In this document: positions 10,140-19,594 of the stretch, one piece after another
Layout: each line of letters begins with the position of its first letter
Numbering within the stretch: the first letter of the stretch is position 1
Origin: Candidatus Moraniibacteriota bacterium
Lineage (GTDB): Bacteria > Patescibacteriota > Minisyncoccia > Moranbacterales > UBA2206
DNA: 64,000 nt
Reading direction: 5' to 3'
NCBI GenBank assembly: GCA_030679995.1
Contig: JAUXSK010000006.1
Coordinates: 10,328-74,327, forward strand
The notes under the pieces: model-generated
Database searches by the model: none
What the model was told of the DNA's origin: nothing
The model's input: the letters and a program-made list of their open reading frames with translations, nothing else
Translations under genes and position numbers: made by a program

Positions 10140-12050
10140 TTAGTTGTTGCGATAATAAATATTGATACCGGGACTGGAATAGGTCTGGTCGAAATTTTTC
10201 AGTTTTCTGAATTGGGCGCTGTCGTAGCGCGGATTGACCATGATGAAATCGGTGCCGGTTTCAGCAAAGCAAGCCCGGGCTTCCGCGTTGTCTGGGCTGG
10301 CGATCATCTGCAGGGTGCACATTTCCCGCGGTTTGGTTTCATCTTCATAGCGTTTGAAATATCCGCGTGAAAGCGGGTACTTGTAGCCGCGCATCAGGAA
10401 GATCTTCATCCAGGAATCGGCGGTGATGTAGTTGTGGTCTTTCAGGATCATATCGTTTGATGAAGTTTTTTGGGCGAGGTAGCTTGAAGCGTCGAAGGTC
10501 TGTGCGACCGGAGCGAGATCGGTTTTGTCTTTGAAAGCCGAAGCTGAATCGGAAATCCCATCTACCAGGACGAAAGTCAAAACCACGATAAATCCGGCGC
10601 GGATAAGATTGCCGGACGATGCGAGTCGTTCGCTTGTCTTGGATCTTTTATCCGTTCCGAAGAGGGCATAGAGCGAATAGGCGCTGAGAATGGCGATGGG
10701 ATAGGATAGGTAATTACCGATGCGATTGCTAGGGAGATTGATAAATAGCAGATGGGGCTGGGTCGACATCAGAAAAATCATCACCGCCCAGGCGAGGATG
10801 ATAGAGTGGCCGAAATTCCTTTTCTTGAATCCGGCAATAAGGATTATGATGCCTAGAAGGCCCAAAGCGATCCGGGCTTCGCCGATGGAAGAGCGCAGAT
10901 TTTCCATCGTCAGTCCGACGCGCGTTTCTTTGCTAGGCGCTCCGACGGCGGTGTTGACGGCGCTATTTTTGACATAGTTCGGGGTGAAAATTAAAAAGAA
11001 AAAAACAAGTCCGGCAAAAAAGGTCGCCAGGACCTGAGGGGAAATGACCAGGCGTGACAAGGCCGGAAGAAGCTTTTTCCAATCCTTGAAATTGGCAGTA
11101 AAAAATACGGCGGCAATCATAGCAAAAATAAAGAGGAGGATAAAAGCGGTGAGATGATGGGTATAGAACAGTCCGAAAGTCGTGAAAATCGCGAGTGCGA
11201 GAAAAGCGCGAGAGCTTTTCTCTGCCGCAAAACCGGTTTCAAAAAATTCCATCGAACGGTAATAAAAATAAAAAGCAAGCGGCATCAGCAAATTTCCCAT
11301 GATATTGCCGACGACTCCGCCGCTGACAAACTTGGCTTGGGGTGAGGCTACGGCATAGAGGACGCCCAAAAAAAGCAAGACTAGGATTGCGATATTTTTC
11401 CGTTTAAAGATGCGCAGGGCCAAGATGAAAACCGTCAGTATGCCCAAAAGGTTCACAAGCAGAAGTGTTATGACGGGAAAGGCGGAAAAAACGCTGGCGC
11501 CGCTCAAAAGGCCGATTGTGCCGAACGGGATTTGCTCGCCAATGATAAAATCCGGCATCTGATCATAGTCCGGCAAACGATGGTTGTCGATCATCCATTG
11601 CGTCCAATACATATGGTGGCCCATATCGGTGGCAGTCGGGAAGACCGTGTCAGAAAGATAGGCTGTCTTAATGAAAATGGTCAGGAAAACCAGGAGGAAA
11701 ATCAGGACCGTTTGATGTCGGGAAAAATCGAACAATTTTTCTTCCGCCATTCCTGATTCCAGGCCGGCTTTTTTGGATCTGATTTTGTGGATGATCAGGC
11801 AGGCTGAAACAAGAAGCGCGATGCTGGCGGAAAGCGACAATCGGGTGATCGGCAAACCCAGTCCGGCCAGGGAAAAATTCAAAAAATCAACGCTGACAAT
11901 GCCAAGGCCGAATGACAAGATAAACCGTTCAAGCGCATTAAGCGCTTTGCTTTTTCCGAATATCGCCAATAGCAAAGCATAGCCCGGCAAAAAAAACGCG
12001 AAGGCCAGCGCGGCATAGAATAAAATTTGACTGGTTATGGCTTCAAGCAT
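10140..12050 (-). CDS. multi-pass membrane protein, probable GT-C glycosyltransferase
   Basis: FFLPGY and ERFILSFGLG N-terminus, TDMGHH loop, YTHHLT; over 13 TM segments plus a C-terminal soluble domain. Confidence 0.6.
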   Translation of the reverse strand: MLEAITSQILFYAALAFAFFLPGYALLLAIFGKSKALNALERFILSFGLGIVSVDFLNFSLAGLGLPITRLSLSASIALLVSACLIIHKIRSKKAGLESGMAEEKLFDFSRHQTVLIFLLVFLTIFIKTAYLSDTVFPTATDMGHHMYWTQWMIDNHRLPDYDQMPDFIIGEQIPFGTIGLLSGASVFSAFPVITLLLVNLLGILTVFILALRIFKRKNIAILVLLFLGVLYAVASPQAKFVSGGVVGNIMGNLLMPLAFYFYYRSMEFFETGFAAEKSSRAFLALAIFTTFGLFYTHHLTAFILLFIFAMIAAVFFTANFKDWKKLLPALSRLVISPQVLATFFAGLVFFFLIFTPNYVKNSAVNTAVGAPSKETRVGLTMENLRSSIGEARIALGLLGIIILIAGFKKRNFGHSIILAWAVMIFLMSTQPHLLFINLPSNRIGNYLSYPIAILSAYSLYALFGTDKRSKTSERLASSGNLIRAGFIVVLTFVLVDGISDSASAFKDKTDLAPVAQTFDASSYLAQKTSSNDMILKDHNYITADSWMKIFLMRGYKYPLSRGYFKRYEDETKPREMCTLQMIASPDNAEARACFAETGTDFIMVNPRYDSAQFRKLKNFDQTYSSPGINIYYRNN

Positions 12051-12055
12051 AAGAT

Positions 12056-13177
12056 TTATTTTTTAGCGGTAACCTTTTCGATTTCTTCCAGGTATTTTTT
12101 GGAAATATTGTCCCAACTGAAATTATCAATGACATATTGCTTGGCTTTGGCGCCGAATCTTTCCCGGAAACCGTCATCAGACAGGAGTTCGTTGATTTTT
12201 TTGACATATGTGTCGGCATCGCCCGGTTCGACCAAGAATCCGTTTTCACCGTCCTTGATCGCGTCCTTGAGGCCTTCCAAGTTCGAGGTTAGGATGACTT
12301 TTCCGCAAGCTCCGCCCTCGATGGCGGTAATACCAAAGCCTTCCATCGATCCCGGCACTTTGATATTCGGGCCGACATGCATATCGGCGCAATTCATCAA
12401 TATCAATTTATCAGGTCTTTCGGGTATGTCGCCGATAAGTTTGGCTCGTTGTTGGAGGCCGAGTTCCCGAATGGCTTTTTCACAGACAGGGAAGTCGTTT
12501 TTATTCCCAGCCGAGTTATCGGAAACGACTCCGCCGACCGCGACGAAAAAATAATTATCCGGCAGTTTCGGCAGGACGTTGCGGATGAACCATTCGACGC
12601 CTTTGTGTGGGACGAATCTTCCGACTCTTAAAATGATTTTTTTGCCGGTGATGTCAATTCCTAAAACCTTTTCCATATCCTTCCGGGAACAAGGGATAGT
12701 CAATTCGTCCAGGAGAATGCCATTAGGTATGAAAACGCAATGTTCGCGTGAGATTCCGACTTTGACCGCTTCGTCGATAGTCTGGTTGCCGACCATGAAC
12801 AATTTATCCAATTTTTTCAAGGAAGGGATATTCACGGCCTTGTATATCCGGGAGAGCAGGCCTTTTTTATGGGCGAAAGTGATGTCCAGGCCGTGGACGA
12901 CGGAAAAGAATTTTTTCCCGGGATGGAAAAATTTCAGGGCGGCGCCGATCGGCGCCAGGACGCCGTTGCCGACCAAGCAGACATCGTAGTCGGACATCAA
13001 GAAAAGGGACCGCAAAAAGGTTACCGGCAAGAAAACAGGCAGCCACAGTTTGCCCTTGGTATTGGCGATCACTTTGACCGTAGCGTGTTTTTTCAAGCCT
13101 TCGGACAGGTAATAATTTTGCCTTTCGACTCCGCCGAAAATCGGCGGAAAAGAGTGGGAAATGAATAATATCCGCAT
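12056..13177 (-). CDS. glycosyltransferase family 4
   Basis: FPPIFGGVE, VGRFVPHKG, EGFGITAIEG motifs. Confidence 0.9.
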   Translation of the reverse strand: MRILFISHSFPPIFGGVERQNYYLSEGLKKHATVKVIANTKGKLWLPVFLPVTFLRSLFLMSDYDVCLVGNGVLAPIGAALKFFHPGKKFFSVVHGLDITFAHKKGLLSRIYKAVNIPSLKKLDKLFMVGNQTIDEAVKVGISREHCVFIPNGILLDELTIPCSRKDMEKVLGIDITGKKIILRVGRFVPHKGVEWFIRNVLPKLPDNYFFVAVGGVVSDNSAGNKNDFPVCEKAIRELGLQQRAKLIGDIPERPDKLILMNCADMHVGPNIKVPGSMEGFGITAIEGGACGKVILTSNLEGLKDAIKDGENGFLVEPGDADTYVKKINELLSDDGFRERFGAKAKQYVIDNFSWDNISKKYLEEIEKVTAKK

Positions 13178-13481
13178 AATTTGCCTTAATATGTTACTTC
13201 AACATTCTACCTCAAAACAGGCCATCTTTCAAGGCCGGCAATCCCAGTGAATCAATGGTGTCGTATGGGCGGGATAATGTGTTTTTTAGCTACAATTTTC
13301 CAATCCCAGCACCTTCCATTACCACAATATTAATGTATAATGCAATTACGGCAAAAGCATGCGTAGTATTCGCAAAAACAACGATATTATTCATATTATG
13401 CGAAAATACTTCGCATAATAACCAGTTGTGGCGAAATCCGAATTCACTTGTCCCCTAATAAGTAAAAATATTTTTAATTCT

Positions 13482-13895
13482 ATGATTATCACGATATGTG
13501 GAAGCTGTACCTTTGCTGAAGATATGGGCAAAGCGGCAGAACATTTGAAGAAAAAAGGCCATGAAGTTTATACGCCCGATCCATTGGTTACCGAAGAATG
13601 GTACCAAGAGAATCATGGTCGTGAGAATTTTCTTGATATGAAACCTGTCTGGACTAAAAATCACATGAAGAAAATAGAAGGTTCTGATGCCGTGCTGATT
13701 TTAAATAACGAGAAAAAAGGAATTAAAGGTTATTTTGGCTCCAACACTTTAATGGAATTGTCCGTGGCCTTTTTTCTTCAAAAGAAAATATTTTTACTAA
13801 ATCCGATAGATGAAGACCATCCGCATTACGAGGAGCTTATAGCAGTAGATTCAGTTGTTCTGCACGGAGATTTGGACAATTTTTCAAAGGAATAG
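13482..13895 (+). CDS. nucleoside 2-deoxyribosyltransferase-like protein
   Basis: ITICGS N-terminus, KIEGSDAVLILN, GSNTLMELSVA...KKIFL pattern. Confidence 0.55.
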   Translation: MIITICGSCTFAEDMGKAAEHLKKKGHEVYTPDPLVTEEWYQENHGRENFLDMKPVWTKNHMKKIEGSDAVLILNNEKKGIKGYFGSNTLMELSVAFFLQKKIFLLNPIDEDHPHYEELIAVDSVVLHGDLDNFSKE

Positions 13896-14111
13896 AACAA
13901 GTGAATTCTGACATTGCACAACACCAAATATCTGGTTCAAAAATTTTTCACATTTATATAATCAGTAGCCAAAGCAGTATCGTTTTGTGTAAATAATTTG
14001 GGATGGAAACTGGAAGAATTAGCAACAAGTTCATCTCATCAATGGTTTGTTTTGTGAATCACAAAAGAGTTTATTAATCGGGAATATCCCCATTTTGTAG
14101 ATTTTTAAAAT

Positions 14112-15155
14112 ATGGAAAACTTTTCGAAAAAAATTAAAACACCGCAATCGCCATCGGAAATAACAACCGAATGGTTAGAGGGCATACTTAATAATACTTC
14201 AACCAACGAAATTGTCTCTATAGAATCAGATGATAGATTTAAGCCTGGCGGACACTTGGGAAAAATTGAAAAAGTTAAAATCACTTATGCTTCTCCTGAA
14301 TTTGAGCCGAAATCGGTAATTGTAAAATTTCAAAAATGTTCTGACCCAAAAAAAGAAGCGGAAATTTATCGACTCTTGGGGGAAGCGAAAATTTCATACA
14401 TCCCTCATTTATATGGGAAGTTTGGAGATGGGAACCTGGTCTTAGAAGATTTGTCCTCGACTCATTCAGTAATAAAAGATTTTGATATTAATCAAGTCCA
14501 AAAAGTAATCTCACTCCTTGCGGATGTTAATAGTAGATTCTGGGGCAATTCCGAGGTGCCGAAAGACAACCTGAGCCATTTCATTAATTCGATTAACATC
14601 AATTTTGAAAAAGGTTGGGAAAAATTTAAAAATCGATACGGAGAAAAACTCGGAAAGGAAATTGCCGATTTCGAATGGATATGGAAAAATCGTGAAATCG
14701 TTTCTGGTCATTACAATTCAAGCCCGACAACTTTATGCCATGGCGATGTAAACAGGTCTAATATTCTTTTCTCAAATGACAAAAGCAACAATCCAGTACT
14801 TATCGACTGGCAACTTTCCGGACAAAAAGTATTTCCTTTTGATATTTCTTATTTTCTGGTGAAAGCGCTAAGCGCAGAACAAAGACAAGAACATGAGAGT
14901 ACTTTGCTTAAAGAATATTATAAACTGCTGTCCGAAGAAATACGGTCAAATTATCCTTTCGATATTTTTATTTTAGATTATCGGGCATGCGCAACAAGGT
15001 CAATGCTTAGCGCAGTAACAAAATTTGGGCCGATATTCGAAAAGGATTTTAGTTATGACAAGGCCGATGAATTAGCAGAAAGAGTTATTGATGCCGTAAG
15101 AGACCTTAGACCTATAGAAGCCATTCAAGAATTACAAAATGTCAGGAGTTTTTAA
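14112..15155 (+). CDS. aminoglycoside phosphotransferase/choline kinase-like (EcKL) phosphotransferase
   Basis: SVIVKF, LVLEDL, TLCHGDVNRSNILF and LIDWQ kinase motifs. Confidence 0.8.
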   Translation: MENFSKKIKTPQSPSEITTEWLEGILNNTSTNEIVSIESDDRFKPGGHLGKIEKVKITYASPEFEPKSVIVKFQKCSDPKKEAEIYRLLGEAKISYIPHLYGKFGDGNLVLEDLSSTHSVIKDFDINQVQKVISLLADVNSRFWGNSEVPKDNLSHFINSININFEKGWEKFKNRYGEKLGKEIADFEWIWKNREIVSGHYNSSPTTLCHGDVNRSNILFSNDKSNNPVLIDWQLSGQKVFPFDISYFLVKALSAEQRQEHESTLLKEYYKLLSEEIRSNYPFDIFILDYRACATRSMLSAVTKFGPIFEKDFSYDKADELAERVIDAVRDLRPIEAIQELQNVRSF

Positions 15156-15211
15156 TTTTGAGCATTCACCCCTGACCTCTCCCAAAATCCAAAACAAAAA
15201 AACTTTCAAAC

Positions 15212-15243
15212 AAAAAAGACCTTCGGAAGGGGAAGGTCTTTGT
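15212..15243 (-). terminator. intrinsic terminator hairpin between convergent genes
   Basis: aaagaccttc/gaaggtcttt stem flanked by A/T runs. Confidence 0.55.
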
Positions 15244-15258
15244 AAAATAAACTTACGT

Positions 15259-15606
15259 TTAAAGATTAAGGATTTCCAGTGCCAATTCTGCGACTTTGTT
15301 TTTTTTCGCATCATGAGTTGCGCCTGCATTGAGCAACTCTTCCCTGTATTCGTACAGACCAGAACAAGCGATGATCGGTTTGGTGAAGCCGGCTTGGACA
15401 ATCTTCCTTACCAGTGACATTGAATTTGGACGGTCTCCGGGTACACACGCGTCCATAATGATCAAATCAATGTCGGTATTTCTGCGGAAAAGATCTTCCC
15501 CTTCCTCAAGAGTCGTCGCTCGCAAAACCTCAACTTTTCCATTAAGCTCCTCGTTGATTCTACGGAAATACCCATCATGATCTTCAATCACCAACACTTT
15601 TGACAT
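15259..15606 (-). CDS. single-domain response regulator (receiver)
   Basis: KVLVIEDH, LIIMD, PIIACS and conserved Lys region. Confidence 0.8.
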   Translation of the reverse strand: MSKVLVIEDHDGYFRRINEELNGKVEVLRATTLEEGEDLFRRNTDIDLIIMDACVPGDRPNSMSLVRKIVQAGFTKPIIACSGLYEYREELLNAGATHDAKKNKVAELALEILNL

Positions 15607-15806
15607 TATGCTGTCTCCTTTCTTTTTATCTAAAAGAACCCTTGAAATTCACCCAAATTCAACCCCTCAATCCAGTGAAACTTAGCAGATTTTTATTGTT
15701 TGGTCAAATATTTATGCTACGATTGAGATGTTCTACAAAAGCGGGCTTAAATTTCAGATACTCGGATATGTCAGCCGGAATATCTTAAGAAAATTTTTTT
15801 ACATTG

Positions 15807-16286
15807 ATGATGAAAAATATCAAAAATGCTTTTAAATGGATAATCGGCCTTCTGATGCAAAATAATATTCCTTTCCAAATTTCCGGAGGATTTGCTGCAA
15901 AACTATATGGCGCCAATCGTCCTCTGTTTGATATAGATATTGACATAAAAGGAAAGGATTTTGACAAGCTCTTGCCATTTGTAGAAGACTATATTTTATC
16001 TGGACCTAAGAGATACTTGGATGATTCATTTGATCTTCAACTTTTGACATTGGAATATCAAGGCCAACGCATTGACTTGAGTGTAAGTGAAAACTCTAAG
16101 ATATACAACGCCAAAACAAAGCAATGGCAAGAGTGTGAAACAAATTTTAATTCATTTAAAGAGTTTGAAGTTTATGGATTAAAAGTTCCTGTAATCACAT
16201 GGCAAGAACTTGTCGAATACAAGAAAATTATCAGAAGGCCGACTGATTTAGAAGACATTGCCGCTATAACCAAAAAATTTTCTTAA
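15807..16286 (+). CDS. nucleotidyltransferase-fold protein ('MazG-related')
   Basis: SGGFAAKLYG...DIDID motif; C-terminal LVEYKK...RPTDLEDI. Confidence 0.65.
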   Translation: MMKNIKNAFKWIIGLLMQNNIPFQISGGFAAKLYGANRPLFDIDIDIKGKDFDKLLPFVEDYILSGPKRYLDDSFDLQLLTLEYQGQRIDLSVSENSKIYNAKTKQWQECETNFNSFKEFEVYGLKVPVITWQELVEYKKIIRRPTDLEDIAAITKKFS

Positions 16287-16339
16287 AATACATCCGATAA
16301 CGTGGCCTGTCCGGTTCAGGAATTTTTATAACGATTTTT

Positions 16340-17326
16340 TTATTTTCCAGTATCGTATTTGTCTTTTTTCCATTGGTACATCAGCTCTTCCGTCAGTTGC
16401 CGGGAAGATTTTATCATATCGGCGATCAAGGCGAATACGACGAATTGCAATCCGACCAGAAACAGCGCGATGCCGAAAATCAGATAGTTGCGGTATTGGG
16501 TTATCTTGAAATCAGGAAAATAATTAAAAAGGAAGGTGCCGAATGAGATGAGCGAAAGGAAAACCAGGAGTAATCCGGGTATCCCGAAGAACTTCATCGG
16601 CCGGATATCACGAATAGCCTTCAAAATGATTTTGGTGGAGTTATTGACGAATTTCCAGATGGATTTGGTAATTTTGGCTTCGCGGTTGTCGAAATAGGTG
16701 ACTTCGATCGGCACCCAGAAAAGCTTCAGGTTTTTGCCGATGGCATCGATAATCGTTTCCTGGGTATAGGTGAAATGGACATTGGTCAGGTTCAGGCGTA
16801 AAAGCGTTTCGCGGTTATGGGCGCGAAAACCGCAGGTCAGGTCGTTGGTTTTGTAATTGAGAAAAAAACCGATGACGCTGGCAGCGAACTTGTTCAAACT
16901 CTTCCTGACCCACGGAATGTTTCTAGCCTCGATTTCCCCGAACCGATTGGCGATGACCATATCGGCTTTTCCGTCCAAAATAGGCGTCAGTAACTTGGGA
17001 ATGTCATAGGGATTGAATTGGCCATCAGCATCAATATTGACCATTAGGTCCGCGTTATTCCTAAGTGAACTTTCGACCGCCTGCTTGAAGGAATAAGCCA
17101 GGCGCCGGTTGGGTTTATAGGAAATGATGATATCCGCTCCGGCCTCTTTGGCTTTGCGCGCCGTATCGTCAGTCGAACCGTCATCGATTACCTGGATGAT
17201 TTTTTCATCGATAATCGCGCCTTTCCCCATATAAAAATCAGCGGAAAAACTTTCTCTGATTTTTTTTATGGTCCCTCCGATAAGCGCTCCTTCATTATAG
17301 GCCGGTATGTTTACGATAAGCTTCAT
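16340..17326 (-). CDS. glycosyltransferase family 2 (polyprenol-phosphate glycosyltransferase type)
   Basis: IPAYNE, IDDGSTD, NIDADGQF, CGFRA motifs; two C-terminal TM helices. Confidence 0.9.
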   Translation of the reverse strand: MKLIVNIPAYNEGALIGGTIKKIRESFSADFYMGKGAIIDEKIIQVIDDGSTDDTARKAKEAGADIIISYKPNRRLAYSFKQAVESSLRNNADLMVNIDADGQFNPYDIPKLLTPILDGKADMVIANRFGEIEARNIPWVRKSLNKFAASVIGFFLNYKTNDLTCGFRAHNRETLLRLNLTNVHFTYTQETIIDAIGKNLKLFWVPIEVTYFDNREAKITKSIWKFVNNSTKIILKAIRDIRPMKFFGIPGLLLVFLSLISFGTFLFNYFPDFKITQYRNYLIFGIALFLVGLQFVVFALIADMIKSSRQLTEELMYQWKKDKYDTGK

Positions 17327-17329
17327 CGT

Positions 17330-17560
17330 TTATTGCTTCTTAATGATTAATTGCGGATCAACGCAGTTGAAATCGCATTTGGCGTTTTTGGTTCCTTGCT
17401 GGATCAATTCTTTGGTACAATTACTCAGGTTTTCTTGGCATTTCGCCTTGCTTTCATTGAAATAATTCAGATTGATTTCATAGCCGAAATAGGGCAGGGC
17501 GAAGTAGGATACGACCGCCAAGCCTGCGATCCAGATGATTGTTTTTAATAGATCGAACAT
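17330..17560 (-). CDS. small membrane-anchored Cys-containing protein
   Basis: N-terminal TM and four Cys; packed next to the GT2 gene. Confidence 0.6.
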   Translation of the reverse strand: MFDLLKTIIWIAGLAVVSYFALPYFGYEINLNYFNESKAKCQENLSNCTKELIQQGTKNAKCDFNCVDPQLIIKKQ

Positions 17561-17683
17561 AGTTTATTGCTAAATTAGCACCATTATTTTTTTAGTATGG
17601 CAGAAAACGGCTCATTTAGCAAACCAAACCCCGATTTTTTTTCGGAGTTTGGCAAGAATGAATCCAACTGAAGTATGGATATT

Positions 17684-18964
17684 TCAGCGGCCAATGCCTT
17701 TATAGATGATGCCGAGTTTTTTGATCGCATCTTTGTCCAGACAGTTTTTTCCATCAATGATAACCTTAATTCCGTTCTGCTTAAATATTCTAGGGTCGAT
17801 TTCTTTGAATTCCTTATGGTCGGTAGCGATTATAAGCGCGTCGACTTTTTTAAGTAGGGCAGGGAGCGTTTTTATGGTCGATCTCTTCAAAATATGCGGA
17901 TCGTACGTATCGTATTTGACGCCGTGTTCTCCAAGTAGGGTCAGGATTTTAAAGGTCGGAGATTCCCGGGTGTCATCGACGTTGGCCTTGTAGGAAATTC
18001 CCAAAACGCCGATTTTGGTCCCTTTCATCGGCAAGCGCAGTTCATTCAAAGCGTCTTGTAGGATTTCGACGGTATATGAAGGCATCGAGTTGTTTATTTC
18101 CCGCGCGATCTTCAGGAATTTATGGTCGAAACCGGATTTTTTGGCGCGCTCGATGAGATAATAGGGATCAACCGGGATACAATGTCCGCCGACGCCGCAA
18201 GAAGGGAAATGGGGCATAAAAGCGAACGGCTTGGTCGAAGCGCCGAGGACTACGTCCTTGACGTCGATGCCGAGCTTGTCGAAAGATTTGGCGAGCTCGT
18301 TGACGAAGGCGATGTTGATGTCCCGGAAAGAATTTTCCACGATCTTCACGGCTTCGGCTTCACGGATCGATTTCATCGGGCGGATGGCTCCGTCCACGAT
18401 GCTTTCATAAAATTTTACGGCCGTTGCCAATCCTTGTTTATCGAATGAGCCGACTACCCGAGGAATGTTGGTGACGTTCCATTTCGGGTCGCCCGGATTG
18501 ATCCTTTCAGGGCAATGCGCGATGAAAACGTCCTTGCCGACCTTGAAACCGGCTTCTTCAAAAAGCGGCTTTACGATTTCCTCGCTCACTCCAGGATTGA
18601 CGGTCGATTCCAAAACGACCAGCGCGCCTTTTTTCAGGTTCCGCACGACCGCTTTCGTCGCACTGATAACCGGACTGAGATCCGGCATATACAGGTCGTC
18701 GACCGGAGTCGGCACGCAGATGAGGATAACATCGCTTTGTTCGATTATTTTTTCATCGGTGGTCGCTTTCGGCCTATGCGTAGGCAGATTATCCGCTAGG
18801 AATTTTTCTTCAATAGGGCTCTTGCCTTGATTGATAAGATCGACTTTATTTTTGTCCATATCGAGCCCGAAAGTTTCATAGCCCTTCTCGACGCAACGCA
18901 CCGCCAACGGCAAACCGACATAACCGAGACCGATTACGCAAACCTTAGCTTTTTTCTGTTCCAT
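17684..18964 (-). CDS. UDP-N-acetylhexosamine (nucleotide-sugar) dehydrogenase, WecC/WbpA family
   Basis: GLGYVG, CVPTP, ESTV, PERINPG, GGHCIPVDP and YKANVDDTRESP motifs. Confidence 0.9.
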   Translation of the reverse strand: MEQKKAKVCVIGLGYVGLPLAVRCVEKGYETFGLDMDKNKVDLINQGKSPIEEKFLADNLPTHRPKATTDEKIIEQSDVILICVPTPVDDLYMPDLSPVISATKAVVRNLKKGALVVLESTVNPGVSEEIVKPLFEEAGFKVGKDVFIAHCPERINPGDPKWNVTNIPRVVGSFDKQGLATAVKFYESIVDGAIRPMKSIREAEAVKIVENSFRDINIAFVNELAKSFDKLGIDVKDVVLGASTKPFAFMPHFPSCGVGGHCIPVDPYYLIERAKKSGFDHKFLKIAREINNSMPSYTVEILQDALNELRLPMKGTKIGVLGISYKANVDDTRESPTFKILTLLGEHGVKYDTYDPHILKRSTIKTLPALLKKVDALIIATDHKEFKEIDPRIFKQNGIKVIIDGKNCLDKDAIKKLGIIYKGIGR

Positions 18965-19137
18965 TTGATGTTTTTTTAGGGATTATTTCAACTTGGATTA
19001 TTATAAGTGGTTTTTAAAATAATGTAAAACCAGTTACGTGTTTTTTTATCCGGACCGAGGGCTTGCCGGCAAGGAATATCAGAAAACAAAAAAACGGCTC
19101 GTTGCCGGATTTTTATAAACATCGCTTTTTATTTTTC

Positions 19138-19389
19138 CTACGCGAATTTCTTTTCCAGTTTTTCCACGCGGTATGTCAGCGTATTGTGGTCGATTCTGTC
19201 GACCTTCTTGTGCAAATCGGCCTGGATGTTATCCACGGTCGTTTTTATCGCATCGACATCATTTTCGATTTTATGCAATCTTCCCTCCACGCTACCCAAT
19301 CTTCCTTCCACGCTCAAAAAACCGCTTTGGACGATCCTTGCCAGATCGTCGATCGTCATTCCGTTTTTTGCTGGATCATTTTTTTCCAT
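19138..19389 (-). CDS. small coiled-coil hypothetical protein
   Basis: TIDDLA motif and heptad repeats (SVEGRL x2); consensus promoter directly upstream. Confidence 0.65.
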   Translation of the reverse strand: MEKNDPAKNGMTIDDLARIVQSGFLSVEGRLGSVEGRLHKIENDVDAIKTTVDNIQADLHKKVDRIDHNTLTYRVEKLEKKFA

Positions 19390-19395
19390 AGTCTG

Positions 19396-19424
19396 ATTAT
19401 ATCGTCGGACTGTCCGGATGTCAA
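19396..19424 (-). promoter_or_regulatory. sigma70 promoter TTGACA-17-TATAAT
   Basis: Perfect consensus on the minus strand; the -10 box ends 6 nt before ATG 19389. Confidence 0.7.
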
Positions 19425-19594
19425 TGCGGATTTTTTGTTTAAAATGGTTTTTTCGGGTATAATAATACCATGAACCCCACACTAACTTTCGATGTTGAAT
19501 TTTTTAAAATAGTGTGGAGGAATTCATTAAATAATAAGCAATAAACTTCGGATATTATTAAGAATGTTTTAATAATATCAAAAGTTAGTGTGGG

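Noticed and set aside
13348-13380. c-di-GMP-I riboswitch (GGCAAA...CGCAAA resemblance)
   Set aside because: The intervening sequence does not form the required GNRA-capped stem, and the downstream conserved elements are missing.
13900-14060. Possible decayed gene remnant (reads ...AVSFCVNNLGWKLEE...)
   Set aside because: Too short and interrupted to assign a family without a database search.
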